Below, piece after piece: positions 39,175 through 53,699 of a stretch of DNA of 64,000 bases. Each line of letters starts with the position of its first letter. Position 1 is the first letter of the stretch. This DNA comes from Malacoraja senta (Eukaryota), in the NCBI GenBank assembly GCA_038087875.1, contig CM075989.1:16122001-16186000 (forward strand), written 5' to 3'. The translations under genes were made by a program, and so were the position numbers. The notes below the pieces were generated by a model, which was not told the DNA's origin, did not search any database, and saw nothing but the letters and a program-made list of their open reading frames with translations.

Positions 39175-41790
39175 ATACATAGATACATAGAAATTAGGTG
39201 CAGGAGTAGGCCATTCGGCCCTTCGAGCCTGCACCGCCATTCAATACGATCATGGTTGATCATCCAACTCAGTATCCCGTACCTGCCTTCTCTCCATACC
39301 CCCTGATCCCTTTAGCCACAAGGGCCACATCTAATTCCCTCTTAAATATAGCCAATGAACTGGCCTCAACTACCCTCTGTGGCAGAGAGTTCCAGAGATT
39401 CACCACTCTCTGTGTGAAAACGTTTTTCCTCATCTCGGTCTTAAAGGATTTCCCCCTTATCCTTAAGCTGTGACCCCTTGTCCTGGACTTCCCCAACATC
39501 GGGAACAATCTTCCTGCATCTAGCCTGTCCATCCCCATAAGAATCTTGTACGTTTCTATAAGATCCCCTCTCAATCTCCTAAATTCTAGCGAGTATAAGC
39601 CAAGTCTATCCAGTCTTTCTTCATATGAAAGTCCTGACATCCCAGGAATCAGTCTGGTGAACCTTCTCTGCACTCCCTCTATGGCTATAATGTCCTTCCT
39701 CAGATTTGGAGACCAAAACTGTACGCAATACTCCAGGTGTGGTCTCACCAAGACCCTGTACAACTGCAGTAGAACCTCCCTGCTCCTATACTCAAATCCT
39801 CTTGCTATGAAGGCCAACATACCATTCGCTTTCTTCACTGCCTGCTGCACCTGCATGCCTACTTTCAATGACTGGTGTACCATGACACCCAGGTCTCGCT
39901 GCATCTCCCCATTTCCTAATCGGCCACCATTTAGATAATAGTCTGCCTTCCCGTTTTTGCTACCAAAGTGGATAACCTCACATTTATCCACATTATACTG
40001 CATCTGCCAAACATTTGCCCACTCACCCAGCCTATCCAAGTCACCTTGCAGTCTCCTAGCATCCTCCTCACAGCTAACACTGCCCCCCAGCTTAGTGTCA
40101 TCCGCAAACTTGGAGATGTTGCTTTCAATTCCCTCGTCCAGATCATTAATATAAATTGTAAATAGCTGGGGTCCCAGCACTGAGCCTTGTGGTACCCCAC
40201 TAGTCACTGCCTGCCATTGTGAAAAGGACCCGTTTACTCCTACTCTTTGCTTCCTGTTTGCCAGCCAGTTCTCTATCCACATCAATACTGAACCCCCAAT
40301 ACCGTGTGATTTAAGTTTGTATCCTAATCTCTTATGTGGTACCTTGTCGAAAGCCTTCTGAAAGTCCAGATACAACACATCCACTGGTTCTCCCCCATCC
40401 ACTCTACTAGTTACATCCTCGAAAAATTCTATAAGATTCGTCAGACACGATTTACCTTTCGTAAATCCATGCTGACTTTGTCCAATGATTTCACCACTTT
40501 CCAAATGTGCTGCTATCCCATCTTTAATAACTGACTCTAGCAGTTTCCCCACTACCGATGTTAGACTAACTGGTCTGTAATTCCCCGTTTTCTCTCTCCC
40601 TCCCTTCTTAAAAAGTGGGGTTACGTTTGCTACCCTCCAATCCTCAGGAACTACTCCAGAATCTAAAGAGTTTTGAAAAATTATCACTAATGCATCCACT
40701 ATTTCTGGAGCTACTTCCTTAAGTACTCTGGGATGCAGCCTATCTGGCCCTGGTGATTTATCGGCCTTTAATCCATTCAATTTACCCAACACCACTTCCC
40801 GACTAACCTGGATTTCACTCAGTTCCTCCATCTCCTTTGACCCGCGGCCCCCTGCTATTTCCGGCAGATTATTTATGTCTTCCTTAGTGAAGACGGAACC
40901 AAAGTAGTTATTCAATTGGTCTGCCATATCCTTGTTCCCCATGATCAATTCACCTGTTTCTGACTGCAAGGGACCTACATTTGATTTAACTAATCTCTTT
41001 CTCTTCACATATCTATAAAAACTTTTGCAGTCAGTTTTTATGTTCCCTGCCAGTTTCCTTTCATAATCTATTTTCCCTTTCCTAATTAAGCCCTTTGTCC
41101 TCCTCTGCTGGTCTCTGAATTTCTCCCAGTCCTCTGGTATGCTGCTTTTTCTGGCTAATTTGTACGCATCATCTTTTGCTTTGATACTATCCCTGATTTC
41201 CCTTGTTATCCACGGATGCACTACCTTCCTTGATTTATTCTTTTGCCAAACTGGGATGAACAATTTTTGTAGTTCATCCATGCAGTCTTTAAATGCCTTC
41301 CATTGCATATCCACCGTCAACCCTTTTAGAACTAATTGCCAGTCAATCTTGGCCAATTCACGTCTCATACCCTCAAAGTTACCTTTCTTTAAGTTCAGAA
41401 CCGTTGTTTCTGAATTAACAATGTCACTCTCCATCCTAATGAAGAACTCAACCATATTATGATCACTCTTGCCCAAGGGGGCACGCACAACAAGTCTGCT
41501 AACTAACCCTTCCTCATTACTCAATACCCAGTCTAGAATAGCCTGCTCTCTCGTTGGTTCCTCTACATGTTGGTTTAGATAACTATCCCTCATACATTCC
41601 AAGAAATCCTCTTCCTCAGCACCCCTGCCAATTTGATTCACCCAATCTATATGTAGATTGAAGTCACCCATTATAACTGTTTTGCCTTTGTTGCACGCAT
41701 TTCTAATTTCCTGTTTGATGCCATCCCCAACTTCACTACTACTGCTAGGTGGCCTGTACACAACGCCCACCAGCGTTTTCTGCCCCTTAG
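39175..41790 (-). mobile_element. Young 5'-truncated CR1 (HER1-like) LINE: partial APE endonuclease plus reverse transcriptase ORF2 and 3' UTR
   Basis: Uninterrupted ORF to the stop at 39269, with VYRPP, MGDFN and SDHN (APE) and NYRPVSL, LDFQKAFDKV, GVPQGSVLGP and KFADDTKL (RT). 8-mer tail (tctatgta)n at about 39175-39192; tgtttg on both flanks. Confidence 0.97.
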
Positions 41791-42295
41791 TGTTTGGAGT
41801 GTGTACGTTCTCCATGTGACCGGAGCCTTGCACAAAACATTATTCCCATATCATGTATCTATACACTGTAATGGCGCAATTGTCTTTCCGCTAACCAGAT
41901 AGCACGCAATAAAAGCTTTTCACTGTACCTCGGTACCTTTGACAATAAATTAAACTGAACTGATCTAATGATCTGGCCTCTGCACTAGTGGGAGCGGGGA
42001 ATTACAGACTTTCACCACCTATGAGAGATTTCTACATTTCCCACTTTCAAAAGACTGGCCCTTATTTTGTGGCCACGTCCCTTTGATTGTGACACTTTAA
42101 ACAAGTTTGACAGTTCTCTAGAGATGACCGCAAAATGTCAGGGCACAGAGGAAAATCCACACCAGGGCTTCTTGAAAATGGCATAGTAGAACGGCCATCG
42201 GTAAACCATAATCAATCTTTCATCCAAGTTACACTCCCATAACCTCTGCACGGTACAGAAGACGACCCCAGATCCATTACCATCTGTAGTCAGTG

Positions 42296-43110
42296 GGGGC
42301 GCTGCGAGTCAGTGCCCTGCCAGCAGCGTGTTCGTTATTTTGACTTTTTGGTTTTTTTTTTTAGTGTATCCAAGTATTTGTTTTAGTGTCTCTTGGTGGG
42401 TCGTGTGTGGGGGGGTGGTGGGGAGGGGAAAGGGGGGAAACCGCTTTTGGTCGCCTCCTCGACGGAGAGGCGACTTTTTCCATGTCGCCTCTCACGCGGC
42501 CTAACACCATGGATTGGAGTGGCCTTTCCCGGAGATGGGCCAGGAGTTTCAGCAGTGGGCGCAGCGTGGACTTTTCCACCGCGGAGCGGGCGAACCTTTG
42601 CCGGGGGTCGCCAGAGAGGAGTGCTCCGTTCGCTGGCCTTGTGACTTTGGCATCATGGGGTTGTGGTCTGCGGAGCTTCTAGCCACGGGTGCAGCATGGA
42701 CTTACCATCCGGATCTTGGGATCCCTTGCCGGGGATCCCCGGATAAGAGCTCCGACTGCCGGCCTGCAATATTCTGAAGCCGCTGTCTGCAGAGCTGCTA
42801 GCCACGGGTGCGGCGTGGACTTACCATCCGGAGCCTGGGATCCCTCGCCGGGGATCCCCAGAGAAGAGCTCTGACCGCCGGCCTGCGGCCTACAACATCC
42901 TGAAGCCGCCGTCTCCGGTAAGAAAGCGCCGATTCGGGCACTCCAAGCCGCGGAGTATGTTTGACCGTCCCGACGTCGGAGTTTCAATCATCCCGATGAG
43001 AGGGCCTATACATCGGGCTGTCCGTAGCGGCGACTACGGAGGGTTCATGGCCCCGACCACGGGTGAACAAGGAGGAGGACTGACTGAACTTTGTGCCTTC
43101 CACCACAGTT
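42296..43110 (+). mobile_element. GC-rich non-autonomous element with about 118-bp internal tandem repeats
   Basis: ctagccacgggtgc...ggacttaccatccgga...gggatccc...gaagccgc repeated (about 42679-42796 and 42797-42915); 3' block gaactttgtgccttccaccacagt is shared with 52813-53462. Confidence 0.65.
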
Positions 43111-43894
43111 TAAAGAACGACTTCATCCGCACAGAAGTATGAAAGAGCATCACAGGATGGTATACCAGGCAGTTTAATGACTCATCTGTCTAGTAAAGTA
43201 CTACTTTCTCAGTAATGCCCTGGAGCATTTGCCAAGATTTCTTTCAAATCTAGGTTTGAATGTATAATCTTTTGATTCAGAGGAACCATTTCTACAAGTG
43301 TTAGGAGGATTAATTTTGAAGTGTACGTTTACATATAGCAATTAATCCAAGTAGTTTCTAGTTTATTAAGGTGAAAACCATGCAACAACAGTTATTAACA
43401 GCTTCAAGATTGTACTCAAGGAAAACTTAAATAAATTGGTTGCAACTTGTCCAAAACACGTGAATATTTCTCTCTTACGTGGCTGCTGATGTGAGCATTA
43501 TTTTCTTGCCAACAATGATTTAGGAGCTACATAATCACCAGGTTCCTAATTAGCACATTGAAAATGTGAAAAAATAAGTGTGTTGATTTAGTGTCCCTTT
43601 TACCACCAGTAGTTCAGCATTAAAAATACATTGTTTGAAAAGATTTGTTTTTAAATACAAAATTGTCAAATGCAATGTAAATATATTTGACAAAAATTTG
43701 ACTTCTTGCTATTTCTAAACAGCGATGCTTGAAGGCCTAATTGTTTGGATTGATCCCAGTATGAGTACACAATCTGGTGAAATGGTTCTTAGACCTGGTA
43801 TCAGGTATTTGTGAAGGGTGAATACAGAGCCCTAGAACGTGAAGATCAAATGATATCACTAGTAGTTAAATAACAACCCTCTATAATTGGTTGA

Positions 43895-44042
43895 AACAAA
43901 GAACTGCAGACACTAGCTAATACCAAAGATAGTGCTGGACTAACTCAGCGGGTTCGGCAACATCTCTGGAGCAAAAGGATATCCTTTATCTCCAGAGATG
44001 CTGCCTGACCTGCCAAGCTACTGCAGCATTTTGTATGTATCT
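43895..44042. mobile_element. Fold-back Penelope-tail element
   Basis: gctggactaactcagcgggttcggcaacatctctggag-(caaaaggatatcctttat)-ctccagagatgctgcctgacctgcc inverted arms. Confidence 0.6.
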
Positions 44043-45319
44043 CTATTATTGGTTGTTGATTTAACAAAGACAACCAGGCTTCTGTGGAAAAAGGCCAAAC
44101 ATCATTCATTCAAATTACAATATAACCCAAAGTACATGTTAACCAAAGTCAGATCAACTCTTTGGCAACTTGCTTAAAAGTGTAAAAGATACTGTGTGCT
44201 AGTTCCAGTTTTAAATGAAACACAGCGGTTGGCTGGGCAAAGGACTGACAAAATCCCATGTCGTCAACCAGCCAAACTGTGGATCAGATAAAGGCTCCAA
44301 GCAGTTGCCCAAGCACATGCATCATATCCCACGGCACCACTAGGAAATAAGAAGGGAGAACTGGCAGTGTAATGAAGATTATTTTATTTCTCCACCCACG
44401 AGTTCTCATTAATATTCACAAATCCTCACTAAGTATCTAATTGCATAATTGCGGGAAAATTAATTGTTGTTAACTAGCTACAGAGCATTTCAGGGTACTT
44501 ACACCCACACTGAAGGGCCTCTACATGACAGACTTATTTCAGTGCAGTTTCCCATGAATGAATCCCAAAATGTTGCACGAGAATTCACTCCCATTTGTTC
44601 TACCTCGTCCCTTATGCTTGAGGGTATCTCATGCAAAAAAAGATCTGGCACATACGTTGCTAAACATTCCTTTCACATTTCCCAAAGATACTAGCTCCTA
44701 ATTCCTTTGTTTTGAGCTTTTTCCTGAGTGCTCGTTTCCATTATTGGAGCCAGGAAGGAAACCAAATACACATATCCTCAACTGTTCGTGAATAAAGAGG
44801 AACTTGCAAATTGTGTAGTCCCAAGAATAAATTCACCAAATCCTTCGCCAGATTTACCAGCAAAAACACTGATGCTAATACTTTTAAAATTCATATGAAA
44901 CAGAAAAGTGATGTTGAAAGATAACACATCAGTTCATTGATAAATAATACTAATAGGTCGGCTTTGAAACATGTAAAATTAAAGCTAGGTTGTGTTTTCA
45001 AATATGTAATTCTATTTATTGAGTTACCTCATTCTAGACCAAGCTTTGAATGCTCATTTTAACTAGAAAAATTGTAGTAATACCTTCAATTTTCATTGGT
45101 CATTGTTTAATTAATTCTTAAATTTAATCAAATTAAACTGTTTTATCTGGACAGCTGTCTGAGTAAGCATTGTCCATTAAAAAAAAAAGATTGAATTTCA
45201 AATAGCCAATATGATAGCAATTAACTTTTAAAGTCTGTTCTTCAATATTAAATGTGAAATTGGAAATCAGACTCCGCATTAGATCATAGAGCCCCTGAGT
45301 AATGACTTGCCAAATATTT

Positions 45320-46492
<1,173 letters not shown>

Positions 46493-46642
46493 ACTAAGCG
46501 ACATGTTACTCTAAGCAACAAGCAAAACATCAGTAACCAAAAATAATTTGTACAACTACTCAAAACTTAGATCATTTATACTCTTCACTTTGGTACTTTC
46601 TCCACAGTCCCTAATTTTGTGTCACATGCACAGAGGTACACT

Positions 46643-46937
46643 TTAAACTTTAGAGATACAGCGCAGAAGCAGGCCTTACGGTCCACCAAGTCCACGCCGA
46701 CCAGCGATCACTCCCTACACTTCCATTATCCCCCACACAAGTGACAATTTTTTCCGAATCCAATTAACCTACAAACCTGCACGTCTTTGGAATGTGGGAG
46801 GAAACCGCAGCACTGGGAGAAAACCCACATGGTCACAGGGATAACGTACAAACTGTACAGACAGCACCTGTAGTCAGGATCTAATCCGTGTCACTGGCGC
46901 TGTAAGGTAGCAACTCTACAGCTGCATCACTGGGCCA
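46643..46937 (-). mobile_element. V-SINE inserted into a Rex1-type 3' tail remnant (46612-47065)
   Basis: The tail sequence tgtcacatgcacagaggtaca resumes after the SINE as cagtgtaaagcatttctgttgtgcgctatccagtcagc. Confidence 0.75.
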
Positions 46938-47754
46938 CCCAAAGCACAGTGTAAAGCATTTCTGTTGTGCGCTATCCAGTCAGCAGAAAGACCATACATG
47001 ATTACAATCAAGGCGTCCACAGGTGTACAGATACAGGAAAAACGTTTAGTGCAAGATAAAGTCCAATCCTCCCCCATCTTCCCACCCCAGCTGTAATTTA
47101 TAATCGAGTGAAACATTCATGATAGTCAAATTTAATTAAATTATATGATCATGAATGTGTTTTTAAATAACACCTAAGATTTGAAAGAAACAGTTGCTGC
47201 TGGAGACTTGGCTACCTGTGGTATTTTTCATGTTCCTTTTCAATAGGTTTATGGAAGTTCTTCAGCCCATGCCTACAATTCACAAGTTTTTCTGCCCACA
47301 AAACTTTTCCCATCCATATACCTTCTTAATGTCAGGAATAAAGAGACATCAGAATTATATGAGTTAAAAGATTAACCTTGTAAGAATGAGTTGCTGGTGC
47401 TATAAAATGTAGGAGAAGCAAGAGCCGTTATGATCTGGAACTCAGAACTTCCAAAAGGTGGCAGATACACAGTCATTATTTTATTTCAGAAAGGGTGCTG
47501 TATATGTGGTCAAGAAACACTACGATGAAAGAGGGGGGCATGGGTCTAATGGAATTGTTCCACTGGATGTCAGTAAAGAAATGGTGGACTGAATGGCCTC
47601 CTCCTGTGTCAAAGGCAGGCTTGCTACGATATTAAACAATGGTACTCACCTACAGGGTCATTGTCAGGCTTGCAAGCCATCAAAAGCAAGGCCCAGGAAA
47701 AATAAATCATTGTTCACAAGGGTGGAAGTTCTCCCCCAAATGCTAAGTTCGAAG

Positions 47755-48180
47755 GCACCGGGCCTGTACTTGCTGAAGTTTAGAAGGATGAGGGGGAGGG
47801 TAGGGGGGGGGGACCTCATTGAAACTTACCAAATCGTGAAATGCCTGGATAGAGTGAATGTGGAGAGGATGTTTCCATTAGTGGAAAAGTCTAGGACCAG
47901 AGGCCATAGCCTCAGAATAAAAGGACGTACTTTTAGAAAGATGAGGAGGAATTTATTTAATCAGTGGTGAATCTGTGGAATTCATTGCCACAGAGGGCTG
48001 TGAAGGCCAAGTCAATGGATATTTTTAAGGCAGAGATTGACAGATTCTTGATTAGTAAGGGTGTCAGGGGTTGCAAGGAGAAAGCAGGAGAATGACGTTG
48101 AGAGGGAAAGATAGATCAGCCATGATTGAATAGTGGAGTAGACTTAAAGGGCCAAATGGCTTAATTCAGCTCCTTGAACT
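47755..48180 (+). mobile_element. CR1 3' fragment
   Basis: GLYLLKFRRMRG...DLIETYQIVK...ERMFPLVEKSRTRGHSLRIKG, plus the 3' UTR. Confidence 0.85.
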
Positions 48181-49006
48181 TATATCTAGGCAAATTCAAA
48201 TGGAGGAATGAATACTAAAGAAAAATGGCAAGGAATCAATAAATTAATGACATTATTCTAATATTTGATGCAAAACAAACTTTACTCTGGGTGAATAGGT
48301 GTGGCCACTGTCAAAGACAATGAAGAATATAAATTCAGAAATAATAACACATTCTCTGTTAGAATAAAAATCTAGGTAACAACAGTAACATAACCAATTA
48401 TAATCAAGGACAAAGATAGAGGCTTCTGGAAGATAGCAGCTTCTGTTAAATGTACAGGCTTAATAATTTCGGGAAATATCTCCAGTTCCTATTGACAACT
48501 GCTAGTGCATATCTTCGATACATTATGAAGAGGCGAGCAAATATGACATCTGTGCAGATTTTGATTATTACCAATTTGAAGACGTACACAAAATAAAAAA
48601 TTTAAAGTCCAAATCAACATTTTATTCCACTTTTTGAAAAATTAAACTAATCTTTATTCATATGAATAAAGTTGCTACCTTTCCAAATCACAGTTCAGTT
48701 TCCATAAACATAAAAAAGACTATCTCTTGCATTGCCATCTTTCCATTCATATGCCATTCTTAATTAAACTAATCATGCCAAGTCATGCCAGCATCATAAA
48801 ATACAGTGGAAAATGAGCAGATGCCCCACGATGAAATACTATAATTGGGTCTCATGCTTTAAGAAGCTCAAGCTTCTGCTGTTGACTTGGGCGACAGACT
48901 TGAAAGCAATGATGAGTCTTGGCTTTCAGTGCTTTACTAAGATTTTACACAATCTCACAGCTGCCTCTGTACCAGCTTTTGAATCACTTTGATAATTCGG
49001 GATGTT

Positions 49007-49308
49007 TTTAGTTTAGTTTAGAGATACAGTGTGGAAACTGGCCCTTCGGCCCACAGAATCCACACCGACCAGCGATCCCCGCATTCTAACACCATTCTAC
49101 ACACACTATGAACAATTTTACATTGATACCAAGCCAACAAACCTGTACGTCTTTGGAGTGTGGGAGGAAACCGAAGATCTCAGAGAAAACCCACGCAGGT
49201 CACGGGGAGAATATACAAACCCAGTACAGACAGCACCCATAGTCAGGATCAAACCCGGGTCTCTGGCACTGTAAGGAAGTAGCTCTACTGCTATGCCACC
49301 GTGCCGCC
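49007..49308 (-). mobile_element. V-SINE (HE1-like)
   Basis: (tttag)n tail, V-domain and head. Confidence 0.85.
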
Positions 49309-50764
49309 CAAGTATAAAATAAATATAGTGGGCACATAGATGGTGTGGGTTTGTTGCTGCCACCTCCCCAGGCCAACATACTGGATAAGCTCCAGGCCAG
49401 TGCACAGGAAACTGCACAGGGCAGGAGCAGCAATTGATTAAAGACCCAAAATTATCAATCTATCATCTTTCCAGGTCCAGAGTTTAAATAAAACACAGCA
49501 AACAAGAGCTTCTGGTGGGCGGATTACTCTCAACATGGGTAACAACTCAATCAACCCGAGCAGTTAGATGAAAATACATTTCTACCACCATTTTGTTTCT
49601 TCCTTGGAAAAGGGTGGCTAAAAGATTCAAACCATCACTAAAATGTCCTCTCGCTCAATAAATTCATTGGTTTTAAGGAACTATTGCTGGAAATATCAAA
49701 TGTTTGATTTTTAAAAAAAAAACTCAGTTTTTCCTCTCCACATGCAAGATTTTATCTCTGATTTCTAGCCAAATAGAGGCATTGAGAAACAATGTTAAGG
49801 TGTTAAAGTTCATGTAAAAATGTGTTGATACATCCTAGTACAGTTTAACATTCACACATTTGTAATGACAGTACTTGTAAACTTTTGCACTTCAGCATCG
49901 AGGTAACTAACTGCCAGCATGAAGACTTTAGACGTCATGGCACAAATTTAATCTTCAAATCACTAAAACACATGACATTAAATGCATTTGATGTGGGACA
50001 GGAACAATGATCCACCCTTCTTAAATCAACCACCATTGTAATAAGCAGGAAATATCAAGGCCCAATGAAAACAAGTGAAAGACTTTCCGATTGCAAGCCT
50101 GAATGGTGAGTGGCCAAGGCTAACAGGCCAGGCTGTGAGACCTGGTGGAAAATTAATGATGAAAAACAAATGCTATTTCCTTTTCACAAAAAGTGATAGC
50201 CCTATCCATTCCATTATCAATCTGCACTTAGTCATCAGCAATAGTGTGTTGGAATATCTCCCTTAGGCAATGCTGCAAGTGGTACTTGAGCACTAATAAC
50301 CCACCTGTCAATGGTTTGGGTTCCACCAGGGCACTTGGATTAAACAAAATGCGGACAAAATTGCTCTGGTTGCTAAGTGGAAATAAATGTTTATGGCACA
50401 CATGCCGAGCAATTATAGCAGCTTAATGGAATTGGCTCAGTTGTTGCACACCTGTTCAGCTAAGTCGATCAACATAACCTTCAATTCTTTTCTCCCTCAT
50501 ATTGGTCTAGGTTCCCCATTATTGCACCCGTGCTCTTGTTCACTGCCACTCCACATCATTCATACTAAGTTCCACATTCTCGATGACTTGTTAGCTTTGC
50601 CTGAAAACACCCCTGCTTTATATTTTCTAAAAGCTTTTGTTTGATGCTTTAATACCTTACGTTTAATAGGACATGTTTCAGTTGGACCCTTTTAAGCCAG
50701 AGACCTTTCCTAATGGTTCCTAATGTGGTGAACCAAACTTAGTATTACACGCTAACATGCAATA

Positions 50765-51200
50765 ACAAGGAACTATCGATGCTGGTTTACCAAAGAACAA
50801 AACTGGAGTAACTCACCGGGTTAGGCAGCATCCCTGGAGTACATGGATAGGTGACATTTTGGGTCAGGAACCTTCTGCAGACTGATTGCAGGAAAGGGGG
50901 ATGGGGGACAGGGGGAGAAAGCGAAAAGAGAGGTGGGACAGTGCAGAGCATGGCCGGTAATAGGTGAACATGGGTGAGGGAGTGGGAGGGGGTCGACTGT
51001 CAGATTGTTGAACAAAGACCAAAGACAAGTGTGAGTCAAAAGGATAAAGAGTTGCGAATGTGAAGCAAGAGGGTAGAAGTGTCACAAATTGTGAAGCCGT
51101 TGAAAGGATTGCAGGTGCAGGGCGACTGTGTGTGGATTAGTTATCTAAAATTGGAAAATTCAAATGTTCATACTACTGGATTGCAAGCTGCCAAGAGGAA
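50765..51200 (-). mobile_element. Penelope-like 3' fragment
   Basis: Family tail (ctggagtaactcaccgggttaggcagcatc) and the end of the GIY-YIG region (tggaaaattcaaatgttcatac). Confidence 0.6.
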
Positions 51201-51342
51201 ATTAGCATTGCACTAATAAGTAAGAGTAACGAATGATAAACAAGTTGCTGTAGAAAACTCCACTGTGCCCTTTATTGCCAACTTAATTTTGTCTGCAGAA
51301 TCGATTTTCAGAAAGCAATAAGAAATCGACCATTTCTTTAGC

Positions 51343-51470
51343 CAGTGAAGAAGGGTCTTGACCCGAAACGAGAATCTGAAGAAGGGTTTCGACCCCAAAT
51401 GTCACCCATTCCTTCTCTCGAGATGCTGTCTGTCCCGCTGAGTTACTCCAGCATTTTGTGTCTACTTCCA
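51343..51470 (+). mobile_element. Penelope tail with two tandem hammerhead-like cores
   Basis: gtgaagaagggtcttgacccgaaacg followed by ctgaagaagggtttcgaccccaaatgtcaccc. Confidence 0.6.
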
Positions 51471-52812
51471 TTTCTTTTGCCACATTGATATCAAAGTGCA
51501 GAGAGATGTCAGTGTACTCTCTCTCTCTCTCTGGAATAACTGTAGAAGATTTGAACCTATTTTGGCAACTTCATGGTCATTTTCTGTTGCACCAATGCTA
51601 CAAATTATTTTTGGATTAATGATTGATATTCCAGTCCCGAACAATGAAAGCCATGGAGCTCTCTCTTGCCTTCCTTTTTCCAGATATTCATCAGAGTGCA
51701 AAACTGTCACTGTGTGACCCGTGTGTAAAACTGGAAGGAGTTGAAGTTGCCAGTGATGGGAATATTTGTTGCCCCTTTTGTGGCTAATTTAGAACAACAT
51801 TCCAATTCCAACTCTAGCTTCTCCAGACTTTCCTCCCAAAACCATTTCAGTAAATCTCTTCTGCAACCCCTCCAGCACCATCACACTTCCTGCAATGTGA
51901 CCACAACTGTGCACAATACTCAAGCTGTGGCACAACTGCTTTTATTTGCAGCTCAAGTGTAATGTCTGCTTGTGTATTCCACGACTTAATAAATAAAGGG
52001 AAAGATTCTATTTACCTTCAGACATAGCTTATTGACCTATCCGGCTGCATTTGCTGCTATACTATTCAATATCGTTCCATTTAGCGCATATTCCCCTATT
52101 TGTAGCATCTCTCCAAAATGCATTACTGCTCATGAATGGATTACATGTTATTTGCCACACTGCTGCGGAAGCTGCCAGACCATTCATATGTTTCAACACT
52201 ATGACGTTTTCTGCCATGCCATGAAACAAAGCCTACAAGATGAAAACTCTTGGGCACACGGCACATTGTGACCAGCATGTTCTCTCCAACTCGCACATCA
52301 CACTGATATGGGGGCGGTGGGGAGAACATGGAGGTGCCCTTTATCATTGCTAGGTCTAAATCCTGGAATCACATCTCCATTGGCCTTGTGGGAGTACTTT
52401 GCCAGAACTACAACAATTCAAAAGGCAATTAAGGAGAGGTCATATGCACTGGCTTCGTCAGCAATGCCTTGATCCTGAAACACAACAACTAAATCATTTA
52501 ATATTAAGCACAAAATGCAAGGGACCCAGAATCTCTCTTGTAACAGGCTTTCAATAAAACAAACACTTATTAACCATTACTTTGCCGAAATCCAGAGATA
52601 TAATCAAATTCTTCTTATTGAGCTGCCATGTTACCTCTGCAAAGAATTAAAAACTGTTGCTGGCTTGGGGTTTTAAATTATGCTAACTGTTTCTACACTA
52701 ACTGATTTGTGTCTTTCTAAATGTAGGTTCATATAGTCCTTTGAAATGAATGTCAGTAACTTGCCCATCAACAAAGTTTCACTGACAATTACTTGATTTA
52801 TCCCTTTTTAAG

Positions 52813-53462
52813 CCGGGTGGCACCAGCAATGGCTGCCTCGCCAACAGTCTGTCTGTCCCTTCCTTCTTTGTTGCTCAATAGTATGTGTTAAATGTATATG
52901 TTAGTGTTCTTTAGCTTGTTTTATGTGGGAGATGAGGGAACATTTTTTAAAAATCTCTTACCTCAACGGAGATGCGATTTTTGTCCGTATCGTATCTCCG
53001 TCCGCACTGCGGCCTAACATTGAGGAGCTGGCGGCCTCTGCTGGAGACCGACCTCGGGAGCTCCAACCGCGGGAGTCTGCGGACTTAACATCGTGGAGCT
53101 GGCGATCCCTTTGCCAGGGATCGACCTCGGAGCTCCAACCGCGGGAGCCTGCGGACTTTAACATCGTGGAACTTGCGGTTCCTGGTTAGAGACCGACTTC
53201 GGGAGCTCCAAGCTGCAGGAGCTTCGATCGCCCTGACAGATGGCTCGACTGCCCCGACCGTGGGAGAATAAATAGGGAAGAAGATTAGACTTTATTGCCT
53301 TCCATCACAGTGAGGAATGTGGGGAATCAGCTGTGGTGGATGTTTGTGTTAACTTATGTAGTTGTGTGTCTTGTTGCTTTTTTTTAGTGCCCGTATGGTG
53401 ATACGAACATCACTGTACCTTAATTGGTGCACGTGACAATAAAGACCTTTGAAACCTTTGAA
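52813..53462 (+). mobile_element. GC-rich non-autonomous retroposon with internal tandem repeats and Rex1-type 3' tail
   Basis: ggagctccaaccgcgggag(t/c)ctgcggactt(t)aacatcgtgga repeats; ends cactgtaccttaattggtgcacgtgacaataaaga followed by (cctttgaa)-like repeats; related to 3164-3833. Confidence 0.75.
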
Positions 53463-53699
53463 CCAGCAGTATGTTACTAGTCCTCCAATCCTCTTACACA
53501 GGTGCTGTAGACCGAGGGGATTGAAAAACTGCAGGAAATGTCTTTGCAGACTTCTTCCATCGAGGAGCATTGGATGCACGTTATCTGGGGTTAGTGTTTT
53601 ATCCATTTTGCAAGATAACAGCTCTTTTAATATTTATCCCATCCAATATATTATACCTCGTCTATCTTAGTGCGGCATTCACATATATCTTTGGAGGAA

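Noticed and set aside
39269..41833. 854-aa ORF as a host gene
   Set aside because: It is CR1 ORF2. The first ~13 residues come from flanking SINE and other sequence, and the endonuclease is N-terminally truncated.
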